Sequence record: SRR31156797_1064
Strand: one strand, 5' to 3'
Length of the DNA: 20,000 nt
The notes below the pieces were generated by a model. It ran no database searches and had not been told where the DNA came from. It saw nothing but the letters and a program-made list of their open reading frames with translations. The position numbers and the translations under genes were made by a program. This document shows, in pieces, positions 1 through 9,545 of this stretch; positions within the stretch are counted from its first letter, which is position 1; each line of letters opens with the position of its first letter.

Positions 1-136
1 CTGGGGTAAAGGGCTGCGGATAAAGGAAAATCCGGAAGATGAACAAGGTTGCAATGATGGTACATGCTATTGCCAAAAAGACGATGACGGCTACTTGTTT
101 GCCAGAAAATTTATTCTTTTGCTGCTTTTGCTCCAT
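1..136 (-). CDS. 5' part of a membrane-anchored hypothetical protein (runs off the left edge)
   Basis: Not in the ORF track. Read manually: ATG at 136 preceded by a strong RBS (GAAGGAGGAA, 141-150 on the - strand). Translation MEQKQQKNKFSGKQVAVIVFLAIACTIIATLFIFRIFLYPQPFTP stays open to the window edge, with a basic N-terminus and one hydrophobic helix. Confidence 0.8.
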   Translation of the reverse strand, partial: MEQKQQKNKFSGKQVAVIVFLAIACTIIATLFIFRIFLYPQPFTP

Positions 137-355
137 GTCTTTCCTCCTTCATGTGTACCAGCCTAAGAATTATTTTATACCATTAGGCATATGGCAGGGG
201 AATAAAGAATATATTCGATTCATGCTGGTTTTCCTTTTTCTGCTACTTATTATTTTATTGCGCTGGCAGCCTATCACCGGTAAATCAGCTTGTTACTTGT
301 TTTTGAAGACTTTCCCGTTGTCGCTAAAAATATTTTTCCTGTGAGCTTGGTAGTT

Positions 356-1603
356 ATGAATGGTTATCTCCTTTTTATTGTCGGTGTTATTGTAGCGCAT
401 TACCTGCTAGATGTGACCGTATCGTTACTGAATCTGCGATCCCTTGACCCTGAGCTGCCCGAAGAGTTTACGGGCGTCTATGATAATGCCAAGTATAGAG
501 AGTCTCAGGAATACATACGGGTCACCACCAGGTTCTCATTGCTGCAGACAACTATTGTTACTGCTGTCACCTTACTGTTTATTGTTTGCGGCGGGTTTAA
601 TTATCTAGACACGTTGGCAAGATCTTTTGCCTTTTCTTCGCTTTTTACCGGCCTCTTGTTTATTGGCATTTTAGCTTTGCTTTCTTCAGTATTGAGCCTT
701 CCCTTTTCCCTTTATTCAACCTTTGTTATCGAGCAGCGGTTTGGTTTCAATACAACCACCCCAATAACCTACTTACTTGATATGGCAAAAGCAATGTTGC
801 TTGCCGTGCTGCTTGGGGCACCACTTTTAGGTTTTATTCTATGGTTTTTTGAGACAAGTGGCCAGTGGGCATGGCTTTACTGCTGGTTGGCTGTTGTTGC
901 TTTTATTGTTATTGCGCAGTTTTTAGCACCAGTGCTCATCATGCCGCTTTTTAACAAATTTATTCCTCTCGAAGAGGGGGAGCTTAAAGACGCCGTTACC
1001 GGCTATGCTGGAAAGCAGCAGTTTGCATTGCAGGGGATATATACCATGGACGGTTCCAAACGTTCCACACGATTGAATGCCTTTTTCACTGGATTTGGCA
1101 AGTATCGCCGGATTGTCTTTTTTGATACGTTGCTTGAGAAGGTGTCGACCAGTGAACTGGTAGCCATCTTAGCCCATGAAATGGGGCATTTTAAGAAAAA
1201 ACATATAATGATGATGCTGGCTGCCTCCATCCTGCAGACTGGAATCATGTTTTATATCATGTCCTTTTTTATTAAAAATGAGCACCTTTTTGCTGCTTTT
1301 CAGATGGAACACCTGTCCATTTACGCAAGCCTGGTATTTTTTAGTTTTCTCTATTCACCCCTATCCACAGTTCTTTCCATTTTTTTTCACGCCGCATCCA
1401 GACGTCATGAATATGAGGCCGATGCCTTTGCAGTGACAACCACCAGTGATAAAGAAAGTCTTATTAGTGGATTAAAGAAACTCAGTGTCAGTAATCTGTC
1501 TAACCTGACTCCCCATCCACTCAACGTCTTTTTACACTACAGTCACCCGCCGATTTTGCGTCGTATACAAGCCTTGCGGGAACTCCATATCCCAAATGTA
1601 TAG
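356..1603 (+). CDS. M48 family zinc metalloprotease (Ste24/CAAX-protease-like)
   Basis: Multiple TM helices, YSTFVIEQRFGFN, DGSKRS..NAFFTGFG, HEMGH zinc motif, HEYEADAFA and C-terminal SHPP. ATG at 356 is preferred over the TTG at 290. Confidence 0.93.
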   Translation: MNGYLLFIVGVIVAHYLLDVTVSLLNLRSLDPELPEEFTGVYDNAKYRESQEYIRVTTRFSLLQTTIVTAVTLLFIVCGGFNYLDTLARSFAFSSLFTGLLFIGILALLSSVLSLPFSLYSTFVIEQRFGFNTTTPITYLLDMAKAMLLAVLLGAPLLGFILWFFETSGQWAWLYCWLAVVAFIVIAQFLAPVLIMPLFNKFIPLEEGELKDAVTGYAGKQQFALQGIYTMDGSKRSTRLNAFFTGFGKYRRIVFFDTLLEKVSTSELVAILAHEMGHFKKKHIMMMLAASILQTGIMFYIMSFFIKNEHLFAAFQMEHLSIYASLVFFSFLYSPLSTVLSIFFHAASRRHEYEADAFAVTTTSDKESLISGLKKLSVSNLSNLTPHPLNVFLHYSHPPILRRIQALRELHIPNV

Positions 1604-1666
1604 AATGAATTCGACTCATGCAAGAAAGTGGTGATGTATATGCGGTGTGAGCAGGAAAAAGAGTAA

Positions 1667-2788
1667 ATGAAGAAGATTGCCATCCAGATGGAAAGTGCGT
1701 GGTTGTCCCAGCTTAGCACTGAATTTGATAACATTTGTTACCAGTACAGATTACAGTTGCGGCCCCCTATCCTGCAGATTTCCAGATCAACAAGGGTACT
1801 GGGCAGCTGGGAAGGGCAATCGCGAACTCTGAGTATCAGCAGCTATCTTATACTAGAGCATCCGTGGCAGGTAACGCTGCAGGTATTAAAACATGAAATG
1901 GCCCACCAGATATGCAGTGAGATTTATCGTGATCAAAAAAACGGCCATGGGGAGGGGTTTAAGAAAGCATGTTGTTTGATTGGGGTGGACCAATGCTTTA
2001 AGCGGGCAGCGGCAGACACTGCAGAATTTCTTTCTGCCTGGCAAGAAGAAGAAAAAGCGCCTCAACAGCATATTCTGGATAAGATAAAGAAGTTATTTGC
2101 TCTGGGCCAATCTGGAAACGAACATGAAGCAGCCCTGGCTCTGCAAAAGGCAGGCAATCTGCTTCGGCAGCATAACTTGTCCATGGCTCATCTCGTGCAA
2201 AGCAATGATCTTACACACAGGACCATTGACACTAAGAAACAAAGAATGGCTGTGCATTTGAAGGTGATTTCTTCCCTCCTGGATGGCTACTTCGGTGTGC
2301 GCGTGATCCATGCAAGCCAGTATGATCCCTATTTGGATAAAGTCCATAAGACCATAGAACTGATGGGTACGAGGGAAAATGTTACCATTGCTGAGCATTG
2401 CTATTATTTTCTAGAAGAGCGGTTGGGTACACTTTGGAAGTCTCATCAGGGTGGCCTTGTTGGCGACCGCAGGATGGCAAAGAAGAGTTATTATCTGGGA
2501 CTTTTGGCTGGATTTAAAGAAAAACTTGCAAGCGAGAAAAAGGCTTCTGTTGCTCGGAAGGAACCTTTAGACAAAGCGCTTATGGAGAAGGCCTTATTGA
2601 AAACAGAAGACATGCTCGATATCTTTGTGACTAAGCGTTTCCCACGGCTGCGCACAACCAAAACCAACAAGATGTATATCAATCCTGATGTCTATCGCAA
2701 AGGTTGTGCGACAGGGAAAAAAATCCATCTTCGGCAGCCAATGGACGGTGGCCGTAAACCGCTGTTGTTGCCTGGAAAGGATGACTAA
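1667..2788 (+). CDS. SprT-like (HExxH) domain plus DUF2786-like domain protein
   Basis: N-terminal LGSW...LKHEMAHQ...HGEGFKKAC is an SprT-like metallopeptidase pattern. Central ILDKIKKLFALGQSGNEHEAALALQKAGNLLRQHNL is the typical DUF2786 pattern. Confidence 0.8.
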   Translation: MKKIAIQMESAWLSQLSTEFDNICYQYRLQLRPPILQISRSTRVLGSWEGQSRTLSISSYLILEHPWQVTLQVLKHEMAHQICSEIYRDQKNGHGEGFKKACCLIGVDQCFKRAAADTAEFLSAWQEEEKAPQQHILDKIKKLFALGQSGNEHEAALALQKAGNLLRQHNLSMAHLVQSNDLTHRTIDTKKQRMAVHLKVISSLLDGYFGVRVIHASQYDPYLDKVHKTIELMGTRENVTIAEHCYYFLEERLGTLWKSHQGGLVGDRRMAKKSYYLGLLAGFKEKLASEKKASVARKEPLDKALMEKALLKTEDMLDIFVTKRFPRLRTTKTNKMYINPDVYRKGCATGKKIHLRQPMDGGRKPLLLPGKDD

Positions 2789-5658
2789 TCATCTGTTTGG
2801 GTATCCTGAGGATTATTGGGACTCAGAAACTCGATACACTTCGGTAAAGGCATGGGCGGTGAGAAAAAATATCCCTGAATTTCAAAGCACCCCAGATTTT
2901 GAAGGCACTGCAGTTGTTCATTGTGCTCAACTCCCTCAGCGACCAGGCCTAAATTTAATTTTTTTGCCATGAGTATAATGGTTTCAACGATGGTGAAGTT
3001 CTCTCTGTCGCTAAGGATATCGTCTATAAAGGACTTGTCTATCTTAAGCACAGAGATCGGCAATTTTTTTAAATAGGCCATAGACGAGTAACCGGTTCCA
3101 AAGTCATCGACTGCAAGCATGATTTTGTGCTTCTCAAACCAATTTAACAGTTTACGAGTGGTGTCATCAGACTCCATGAGCAGTGATTCAGTAATTTCCA
3201 ATTCCAGAGAGGCTGGCGAGTAACCGGTCTGCTTGAGGGCTGTTTCTACCATTTCCTGGAAACCAGGATCAGCAAATTGTTTGGCCGAGACATTGACTGA
3301 TAATCTCAGGTTATATCCCGTAACCTTGCTTATCTCCTGAATGCCTTTAATCGCTTTATAAAGAATCTGCTGGCCCAAAGTGATGATGAGGCCGGATTCT
3401 TCTGCAACCGGGATGAACATATTGGGTGGAATAACCTTGCCGTTTGGCTTAATCCATCTAGCCAGCGCCTCAAAACAAACTGTGGTATTGGTGCGGCTGT
3501 CGATCCGTGGCTGGAAGTAAATCTGAAATTCATCATTTTCCACTGCACCACGCAGTTCGTGCTCTAGCTGCACTTTTCGACGTAGCTGTTGTTCTATTTC
3601 CGGATCAAAAAGATGATACATGTCTTTGCCATGATGTTTGGCCTGATACATGGCCAAATCAGCATTTTTTAACAATTCACCCGGAGTGGTCCCGTCGTCC
3701 GGGTAGACTGTTAGGCCGATGCTGCATGTAATGTGAAAATGATGTTCAGCAAGGTCAAAAGACTGGGTAAAAGCGGATTGCACCCGGTGGAGTACCTCAT
3801 CGATCTCTTGTTGGTTTTTGATATCCGGGATCATTGTGATAAATTCATCTCCGCCAAGTCTGGCCACTGTGTCACCAGTCCGAACAGAGGCCAGCAATCT
3901 CTGGGCCGCCTGTTGCAGTAGAACATCGCCTACGGCGTGACCAACGGTATCGTTGACCTTTTTAAAGTTATCCAGATCTATGAACAGAATAAGGATACGC
4001 TGTCCTTTTCTTTTCGCTGCGGCAATGGCTTGGGTAAGTCTATCGTTGAGCAGGGCACGGTTGGGAAGATCGGTGAGGGAGTCGTGATAGGCAAGATGAG
4101 TAATTTGTTTTTCTTTTGCCTTGATTTCCGAAATGTCATGGGACACAACCACATAATAGAAGGTACCGGTTGTATCATTGCGAATATTATTGACAGTCAA
4201 GAGTTCTGGAAAAATATCACCATTTTGACGTACATTCCATATTTCGCCGGACCATGTTCCTTCTTGGACAAGGCTCTCCCACATTATATCGTAAAAGTTT
4301 TCGTTATAATGATCAGTTTTATAGGCTCGCAGTTGTTTCCCCAAAGTCTCTGCAACAGGGTACCCGCTTATCTCTTCAAATGCCGGGTTGGCCGCCTGGA
4401 TGATGCCTTGATTGTCAATGATACTGATACCTTCAACAATGCTGTTGAAAACCTCTTCATATAAAAAGAGCTGCTTTTCTTTTTCCTGGCGATGTATGAT
4501 CTCCTGTTGGAGTTGCTTGTTTGCCCCCTCAAGTCTGTCCATGAACAAGTTAAAGCTGGTTGCCAGGCGGCCGATTTCATCCTGCCGTCCGCTGTCCATT
4601 CGAACCGTCCAGTCTTCTTTACCATGTTCAAGACGGTGAATGAATTGAATCAATGGTTTGAGAATGGTGGAACTGACAAGTAAGGTAATGATACCTGTAA
4701 TGCAAAGGGTGGTAAGCAGAATGAGAGCAAAAAGTTTTTGGATACGGGTAAGGGGTTCCAGCACTTCTTCGGCATAAACAGACGAGGCTACAATCCAGTC
4801 AAAGGAGGGGAGGGAGTCATAGGCCACGATCTTGGTACGGGCAATCTGGTCAGACGGATTTTTCCACGAATAGTAAAAGCTCCCTGTCTGGGTGTCTATC
4901 ATGTTTTTTATAAACGGCTGTCCGTTGTTGTCAACAGCGTCATAATGATTACCGCTAATTTCTGGGTGAACAATGATATCACCGCGGGTATTAACCACAA
5001 AGGGATACCCTGTGTCGCCAAAGGAAACATCCAGTATTTTATCTCTGAAATCACTTATATTGATAAGGTCGAAAAAATCCTTTTTGTAGGAAGTGACTGA
5101 GATGATCCAGTCCCAAGGCTCGAAATAAGCCATATAAAGAGCTTTGGGACTTTCCTGTTGTTCATTGGGATTTTTCCAGAAATATTCGAGGTAGCCGTTT
5201 TTGCGTTGGATCTGCTGCTGAATAAATTTTCGGTGAGAAAAATCTTCCCCTTGCACCCCTGTTTTTGGGTGCACCTGTGCTATGCCCCTACTGTCAATGC
5301 AGTAAACGTAACCTGTTTTGCCAACACTCTGGTTATCCAAAATTTCCATGGCATACTGCTTTGCCTCTAGCTCAGAAAGCATTCCCTGAAGGTATTTATC
5401 GTACATGCTCTCTATTACTTCAAGGTTACTTTCGGCGATGGCTCGCAGATGGTTTTTGATGGACACACTGGTAGTTGTTTCCACCATATCACGGATAATT
5501 TTATTAGTTTTATGAAGCTCTTGCTCAATGTTTTCAGTGAGGGTTGTTTTAAACTGGTGATAGAGAAGGGAAAAACTCGCTAGGAATATGAGGACAAAGA
5601 TGAGCCCGTAGGTCCAGAAAAGTCGAGTTCGAATTGAGGTGTTATTTGAAAAATGCAT
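2785..5658 (-). CDS. Membrane-bound diguanylate cyclase/phosphodiesterase (Cache-HAMP-PAS-GGDEF-EAL)
   Basis: TM1, two Cache-like repeats (GKTGYVYCID..HP...WDWII; GDTGYPFVVN..HP...FDWIV), TM2, HAMP (QDEIGRLATSFN), PAS (NPAFEEISGY...WSGEIWN), AYHDSLTDLPNR, DLDNFKKVND, RTGD-x5-GGDEF, FEALARW, ELEITES, DDFGTGYSS, AEGVE, QGYFFS. ATG at 5658 or TTG at 5667. The stop overlaps the stop of the convergent gene. Confidence 0.95.
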   Translation of the reverse strand: MHFSNNTSIRTRLFWTYGLIFVLIFLASFSLLYHQFKTTLTENIEQELHKTNKIIRDMVETTTSVSIKNHLRAIAESNLEVIESMYDKYLQGMLSELEAKQYAMEILDNQSVGKTGYVYCIDSRGIAQVHPKTGVQGEDFSHRKFIQQQIQRKNGYLEYFWKNPNEQQESPKALYMAYFEPWDWIISVTSYKKDFFDLINISDFRDKILDVSFGDTGYPFVVNTRGDIIVHPEISGNHYDAVDNNGQPFIKNMIDTQTGSFYYSWKNPSDQIARTKIVAYDSLPSFDWIVASSVYAEEVLEPLTRIQKLFALILLTTLCITGIITLLVSSTILKPLIQFIHRLEHGKEDWTVRMDSGRQDEIGRLATSFNLFMDRLEGANKQLQQEIIHRQEKEKQLFLYEEVFNSIVEGISIIDNQGIIQAANPAFEEISGYPVAETLGKQLRAYKTDHYNENFYDIMWESLVQEGTWSGEIWNVRQNGDIFPELLTVNNIRNDTTGTFYYVVVSHDISEIKAKEKQITHLAYHDSLTDLPNRALLNDRLTQAIAAAKRKGQRILILFIDLDNFKKVNDTVGHAVGDVLLQQAAQRLLASVRTGDTVARLGGDEFITMIPDIKNQQEIDEVLHRVQSAFTQSFDLAEHHFHITCSIGLTVYPDDGTTPGELLKNADLAMYQAKHHGKDMYHLFDPEIEQQLRRKVQLEHELRGAVENDEFQIYFQPRIDSRTNTTVCFEALARWIKPNGKVIPPNMFIPVAEESGLIITLGQQILYKAIKGIQEISKVTGYNLRLSVNVSAKQFADPGFQEMVETALKQTGYSPASLELEITESLLMESDDTTRKLLNWFEKHKIMLAVDDFGTGYSSMAYLKKLPISVLKIDKSFIDDILSDRENFTIVETIILMAKKLNLGLVAEGVEHNEQLQCLQNLGCFEIQGYFFSPPMPLPKCIEFLSPNNPQDTQTDD

Positions 5659-5741
5659 AAAGCCCAAGGAGGTGAGGGAGACTGTGCAGCTTTTTTTACT
5701 TCTTGCGAAAAGAGGCTTACCTCTTCAGAATAATTATGCAC

Positions 5742-5768
5742 CAGTTCCCTGCAAGAGGCAAGGAACTG
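5742..5768 (-). terminator. Stem-loop downstream of dat; possible terminator or mRNA-stabilising hairpin
   Basis: On the - strand CAGTTCCTTGC-CTCTT-GCAGGGAACTG forms an 11-bp stem with one G-U pair, which is a mismatch on the + strand and so favours - orientation. There is no clear U-tract. Confidence 0.45.
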
Positions 5769-5816
5769 ATCAACTTTTAAAAAAAAAATGGCTGTCTTTG
5801 CAGATGATTGGGTGGA

Positions 5817-6683
5817 TTATGATTTGATGGCTGTTTGGGCAAGTGCCATGTCGGTGTAGAGCTGGCGCAGCTTCAGGGTAAGCTCCCCAGGTTTTCCTGT
5901 ACCCACGGGGTGATTGTTGATCTCAACGATGGGGACCACAAAGGCTGCTGAACCTGTCATAAATGCTTCTTTGGCGCTTTGTGCTTCGTCCACGGTAAAA
6001 GCCCGCTCTTCAAAGCTGATGTCGTTTTCTTGGGCCAAGGCAAGTATGGATTGTCTGGTAATACCCGAGAGGATAGACTTGCTGAGATGACGGGTAAGCA
6101 GTTTGTTGTCGTTTGTTATTATGTAGGCATTACTGGCTGTAGCCTCTGTTATTAGGCCATTTGGGTCAACCAGCCATGCATCGTCTTTTCCCTCATGCAT
6201 GGCCTGCATTTTGGCCATGCTGGATGCAAGGAGGCCAACGGTTTTAATATCGGGTCGTCCCCAGCGGATATCTGGAGTAGTGATGATGCGGATTCCCTTT
6301 TCAGCTGGAGGAGAGTGAAGAAGTGACTTTACCTGTGTGAATGCAATCAGGGTAGGGATTACCTTGTGCGGAAAGGCAAAGTCCCGGTCTGCTGCACCCC
6401 GGGTAACCTGCAGGTAGACTATACCCTCCTCAAGGCCGTTGCGCCTGATGAGTTCTTCCTGCACAGCAATAAGCTTTTTATCGTCAATGGGGGCTGGGAT
6501 GTCTAGTTCGGAAAGCGATCTATGCAGTCTTTTCAGGTGTTGATTGTTTTCAATCATTTTTCCCTGAAGAACTCCGGTTACCTCGTATACGCCATCGGCA
6601 AAGAGAAAACCACGATCGAAAATGGAAATTTTAGCTTCATTTTCGGGCACAAAAGCGCCGTTAACATAGACAATACGCTGCAT
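5817..6683 (-). CDS. dat: D-amino-acid aminotransferase (PLP fold type IV)
   Basis: DRGFLFADGVYE, YLQVTRG..RDFAFP, RWGRPDIKTVGLL (PLP lysine), TEATASN, LSGITR, EAFMT and G.GKPG. The pattern is closer to D-alanine transaminase than to IlvE. Confidence 0.85.
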   Translation of the reverse strand: MQRIVYVNGAFVPENEAKISIFDRGFLFADGVYEVTGVLQGKMIENNQHLKRLHRSLSELDIPAPIDDKKLIAVQEELIRRNGLEEGIVYLQVTRGAADRDFAFPHKVIPTLIAFTQVKSLLHSPPAEKGIRIITTPDIRWGRPDIKTVGLLASSMAKMQAMHEGKDDAWLVDPNGLITEATASNAYIITNDNKLLTRHLSKSILSGITRQSILALAQENDISFEERAFTVDEAQSAKEAFMTGSAAFVVPIVEINNHPVGTGKPGELTLKLRQLYTDMALAQTAIKS

Positions 6684-6752
6684 CTTTTCTTACCTTTATA
6701 GAGGGCATCTGTAGAGAGTAATGGAAAATGAAAATAGTTATCCGCATCATCC

Positions 6753-7484
6753 TCAGAGATGGGAAATAACCATGCCAAGAAACTCTTTAAGGCGTTCATT
6801 TTCCGGATTGGTAAAGAACTGTTCCGGTGGTCCCTGCTCTTGGATTTTACCTTGGTCAATAAAAATGACTCTATCAGCGACCTCGCGAGCAAAACCCATT
6901 TCATGGGTCACAACCACCATGGTCATGCCTTCGCGTGCGAGTTGCTTCATGACCTCCAGCACTTCTCCAACAAGTTCGGGATCAAGTGCTGAGGTCGGCT
7001 CGTCAAAGAGAATGACTTTTGGTTGCAGGGCAAGGGCACGAGCAATGGCCACCCGTTGTTTCTGCCCCCCGGAAAGTTGTTCTGGAAAGTTGCTGGCTTT
7101 GTCAGCAAGGCCGACTTTTTTCAGCAGGGAGAGGCCCAAGGTCTGTGCTTCCTTCTTTGTCATGGAGCGGACTTTTATGGGGCCCAGTGAAACATTTTCA
7201 AGCACGGTCATGTGCGGGAAAAGGTTAAACTGCTGAAACACCATTCCTGCCTCTGCACGTACGGTGTTAATGTTGGTAGCTTTGGCCATGATATCGTGTC
7301 CATCAACGATAATTCGACCGGACGTTGCTTCCTCCAGGCGGTTTATGCAACGCAGCACTGTGGATTTTCCTGAACCTGAAGGCCCGATGATGCACACCAC
7401 CTCACCGGTTTTTACATGGAGATCTACTCCTTTGATGACTTCCAGGGAACCGAAACTTTTATGAAGATCCTCGATTTGAATCAT
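6753..7484 (-). CDS. glnQ: Polar amino acid ABC transporter ATP-binding protein
   Basis: Walker [11 protein letters not shown]-loop [11 protein letters not shown], signature LSGGQKQR, Walker [14 protein letters not shown] and H-loop VTHEMGFA. Confidence 0.93.
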   Translation of the reverse strand: MIQIEDLHKSFGSLEVIKGVDLHVKTGEVVCIIGPSGSGKSTVLRCINRLEEATSGRIIVDGHDIMAKATNINTVRAEAGMVFQQFNLFPHMTVLENVSLGPIKVRSMTKKEAQTLGLSLLKKVGLADKASNFPEQLSGGQKQRVAIARALALQPKVILFDEPTSALDPELVGEVLEVMKQLAREGMTMVVVTHEMGFAREVADRVIFIDQGKIQEQGPPEQFFTNPENERLKEFLGMVISHL

Positions 7485-7487
7485 GAG

Positions 7488-8156
7488 TTATCCTTTATTG
7501 GTGTTGAGCCGGTTTTCAAAAAAAATCATGGCCCTGGAAATAGATATGGTCATCACCAAGTAGACGAGTGCTACTGCCATGTACACCTCAAAAGCACGAA
7601 AATTCACCGCTGTAATTTCCTGCCCGGTCCGCATCAGTTCTCCCACTCCGATAACCATCAATAGAGAGGTATCCTTAAGGCTGATAATAAATTGATTGCC
7701 CAGAGGAGGAATCATTCTTTTTAATGCTTGGGGCCAGATAATATAAAGCATTGTCTGGGTGTGAGTAAGGCCAATGGAACGACCAGCCTCCATCTGACCT
7801 GGGTTGATAGACTGCACTGCGCCGCGAACTATTTCAGCGATGTAAGCCCCTGAATTAACGGCAATAATTATGATGCCTGCAGTTATAGGTGAAATACGGA
7901 TGCCTATGGCCATGGGGACGCCGTAATAGAGAAACATCGCTTGAACCAGCATGGGAGTTCCGCGAATGGATTCTATATAGATTCCGGCGAGCTTACGGAT
8001 AAAAAAGTTGCGTGAGATTTTCAACAGGCCTGCTCCAGAACCAAGGATAAAGCCGAGGAAGATGCCGCCGATAGTTATCTGTAAGGTGAGCTTGAGTCCA
8101 CGCATGAGCATGGGAATGGTTTCAATAACAACAGCTGGTTCAAATTGAAAAGCCAT
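7488..8156 (-). CDS. glnP: Polar amino acid ABC transporter permease
   Basis: IRGTPMLVQ, SGAYIAEIVRG, GQMEAGRSIG (EAA loop) and LKDTSL. Probable start is the ATG at 8156 (MAFQFE) rather than 8207. Confidence 0.9.
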   Translation of the reverse strand: MAFQFEPAVVIETIPMLMRGLKLTLQITIGGIFLGFILGSGAGLLKISRNFFIRKLAGIYIESIRGTPMLVQAMFLYYGVPMAIGIRISPITAGIIIIAVNSGAYIAEIVRGAVQSINPGQMEAGRSIGLTHTQTMLYIIWPQALKRMIPPLGNQFIISLKDTSLLMVIGVGELMRTGQEITAVNFRAFEVYMAVALVYLVMTISISRAMIFFENRLNTNKG

Positions 8157-8363
8157 AAATATCCGGAAGATTAATTTGAATAAACGGGGTTCCTGGTGTC
8201 GCGTCAACGATGAAAAATCGAAATATTACGCTGTGTTTTTTGGGTCTTGGATTTCTTTGACTGGTTGTTCATAATGGGCTATCTACAACCGGTTAAAGAA
8301 ATTCAGGTGCAAAAATGACAAGCAAGGTGCGTCAGGACAGCGTTGACGAGACACTAGAGCAGG

Positions 8364-8430
8364 AACGAAAAAGGCCGTTACCCCATAACAGGCGGGCTGG
8401 TATGGGGTAACGGCCAAGTACCTTTTCGTT
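8364..8430 (-). terminator. Intrinsic terminator or stabilising hairpin between glnH and glnP
   Basis: Perfect 15-bp inverted repeat GGCCGTTACCCCATA (8373-8387) / TATGGGGTAACGGCC (8401-8415). On the - strand it is followed by TTTTTCGTT. Flanks AACGAAAA / TTTTCGTT can also pair. Confidence 0.8.
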
Positions 8431-8448
8431 TTACATAAGAACTCTCTC

Positions 8449-9195
8449 TTATTTAGGATCTGTCCCAAACCATTTTACATAGAGTTCTTTGTAGGTACCG
8501 TTGGCACGCAATGCTTCCAGGGCTTTGTTAACCTTGGCAACCAGTTCGCTGCCCTTGGGAAATCCGATACCATAAGACTGTCCCTGATAAATGGGGCCGA
8601 CAATTTTAACCTTGCCATGACCGGCTTTGCGTACGAAATCACTTATAACTGGCGAATCAAAAATAACCGCATCCGCACCACCGCTCATCAATTCCATAAA
8701 CATTGCGTCATTATTGGGGAAAAGTTTTACTTCTTTTGCCTTAGCATTGGCTTTGACAAAGTCCACGGAGGTCGTTCCGAGTTTAGTGGATACAATCTTG
8801 CCTTTTAATCCCTCAATGTCACTGATCTGCTGATTGTCTTTGCTGACCAGAAGGAGTAAGCCTGCATTGTAATACCCATCGGAAAAATCGACGACTTTGG
8901 CACGTTCCGGTTTAATGGTTATGCCTGCAATGCCGACATCCAGTTGCCCTGATTGGAGACCGGGAATGATGCCGTTAAAATCCATTGGTTGGAGTTCGTA
9001 TTCTACGCCGATTTCTTTGGCGATCGCGTCCCATAGTTCAACGTCAAAACCGGTATGTTTGCCGGTTTTGGGATCCTTAAATTCAAAAGGGGGGAAGTTG
9101 GTGTCGCAGGCAACAGTAAGTTTTTTTGCCATTGCAGTTGTATTGGCGGCAATGACGATAGCAATTACTGCCATCAGGGTAATGACTTTTTTCAT
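8449..9195 (-). CDS. glnH: Glutamine-like amino acid ABC transporter periplasmic binding protein (SBP family 3)
   Basis: Signal peptide, DTNFPPFEF, GFDVELWDAIAK, PMDFNGIIPGLQ, AGITI..ER, DFSDGYY, YGIGFPKGS and KWFG, all GlnH-like. RBS GAGGAGG lies upstream. Confidence 0.9.
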   Translation of the reverse strand: MKKVITLMAVIAIVIAANTTAMAKKLTVACDTNFPPFEFKDPKTGKHTGFDVELWDAIAKEIGVEYELQPMDFNGIIPGLQSGQLDVGIAGITIKPERAKVVDFSDGYYNAGLLLLVSKDNQQISDIEGLKGKIVSTKLGTTSVDFVKANAKAKEVKLFPNNDAMFMELMSGGADAVIFDSPVISDFVRKAGHGKVKIVGPIYQGQSYGIGFPKGSELVAKVNKALEALRANGTYKELYVKWFGTDPK

Positions 9196-9349
9196 ACATC
9201 CTCCTCAGATTTTGTTGCGGGTTAACTAGAGCGGTACTGCAGCGCTGAGTCATTGTAAGAACTTTTATAAAAAATGCTGCTGTTTATGACACAAACAGTA
9301 CCCGTGAGCATGACAGATTACGGGTGAGAGTTCAACTGTTAAATAGTTC

Positions 9350-9364
9350 TCATGATTCGTGCCT
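9350..9364 (-). promoter_or_regulatory. Possible sigma54-type promoter for glnHPQ-dat
   Basis: The - strand reads AGGCACGAATCATGA versus consensus TGGCACG-N4-TTGC. The -24 box matches well; the -12 box is imperfect (GA instead of GC). Confidence 0.3.
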
Positions 9365-9545
9365 TTTTGTATTTTTACCTAAGTAAATTGGAGAGCCGTT
9401 TTTGAATGAGGGTCAGTTCGAAAAGAGTAGTGTCTGTGTGCAGGAGAAGGTGATGTTTTTCTGGTTACTTTTAGTGTTTATAAGGCTACTTTGGGAAGAG
9501 GTGCGGAAAACTGTTGACCTGCTGGCCTGAAACGTTGAAAATCGC

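Noticed and set aside
39-344. 101-aa + strand ORF
   Set aside because: It lies antisense to a better-supported - strand gene start at 136 with a strong RBS, and runs through a divergent intergenic region with no recognisable motif.
2785-2788. Overlapping stop codons of convergent genes
   Set aside because: Real (TAA/TAG within CTAA) but a common arrangement with no special meaning.
6721-7236. 171-aa ORF antisense to glnQ (also 3937-4464, 8897-9229, 15819-16214, 16394-16828, 19211-19513 and similar)
   Set aside because: These are shadow ORFs fully overlapping well-supported genes, with no motifs. They are typical antisense frames of conserved genes.
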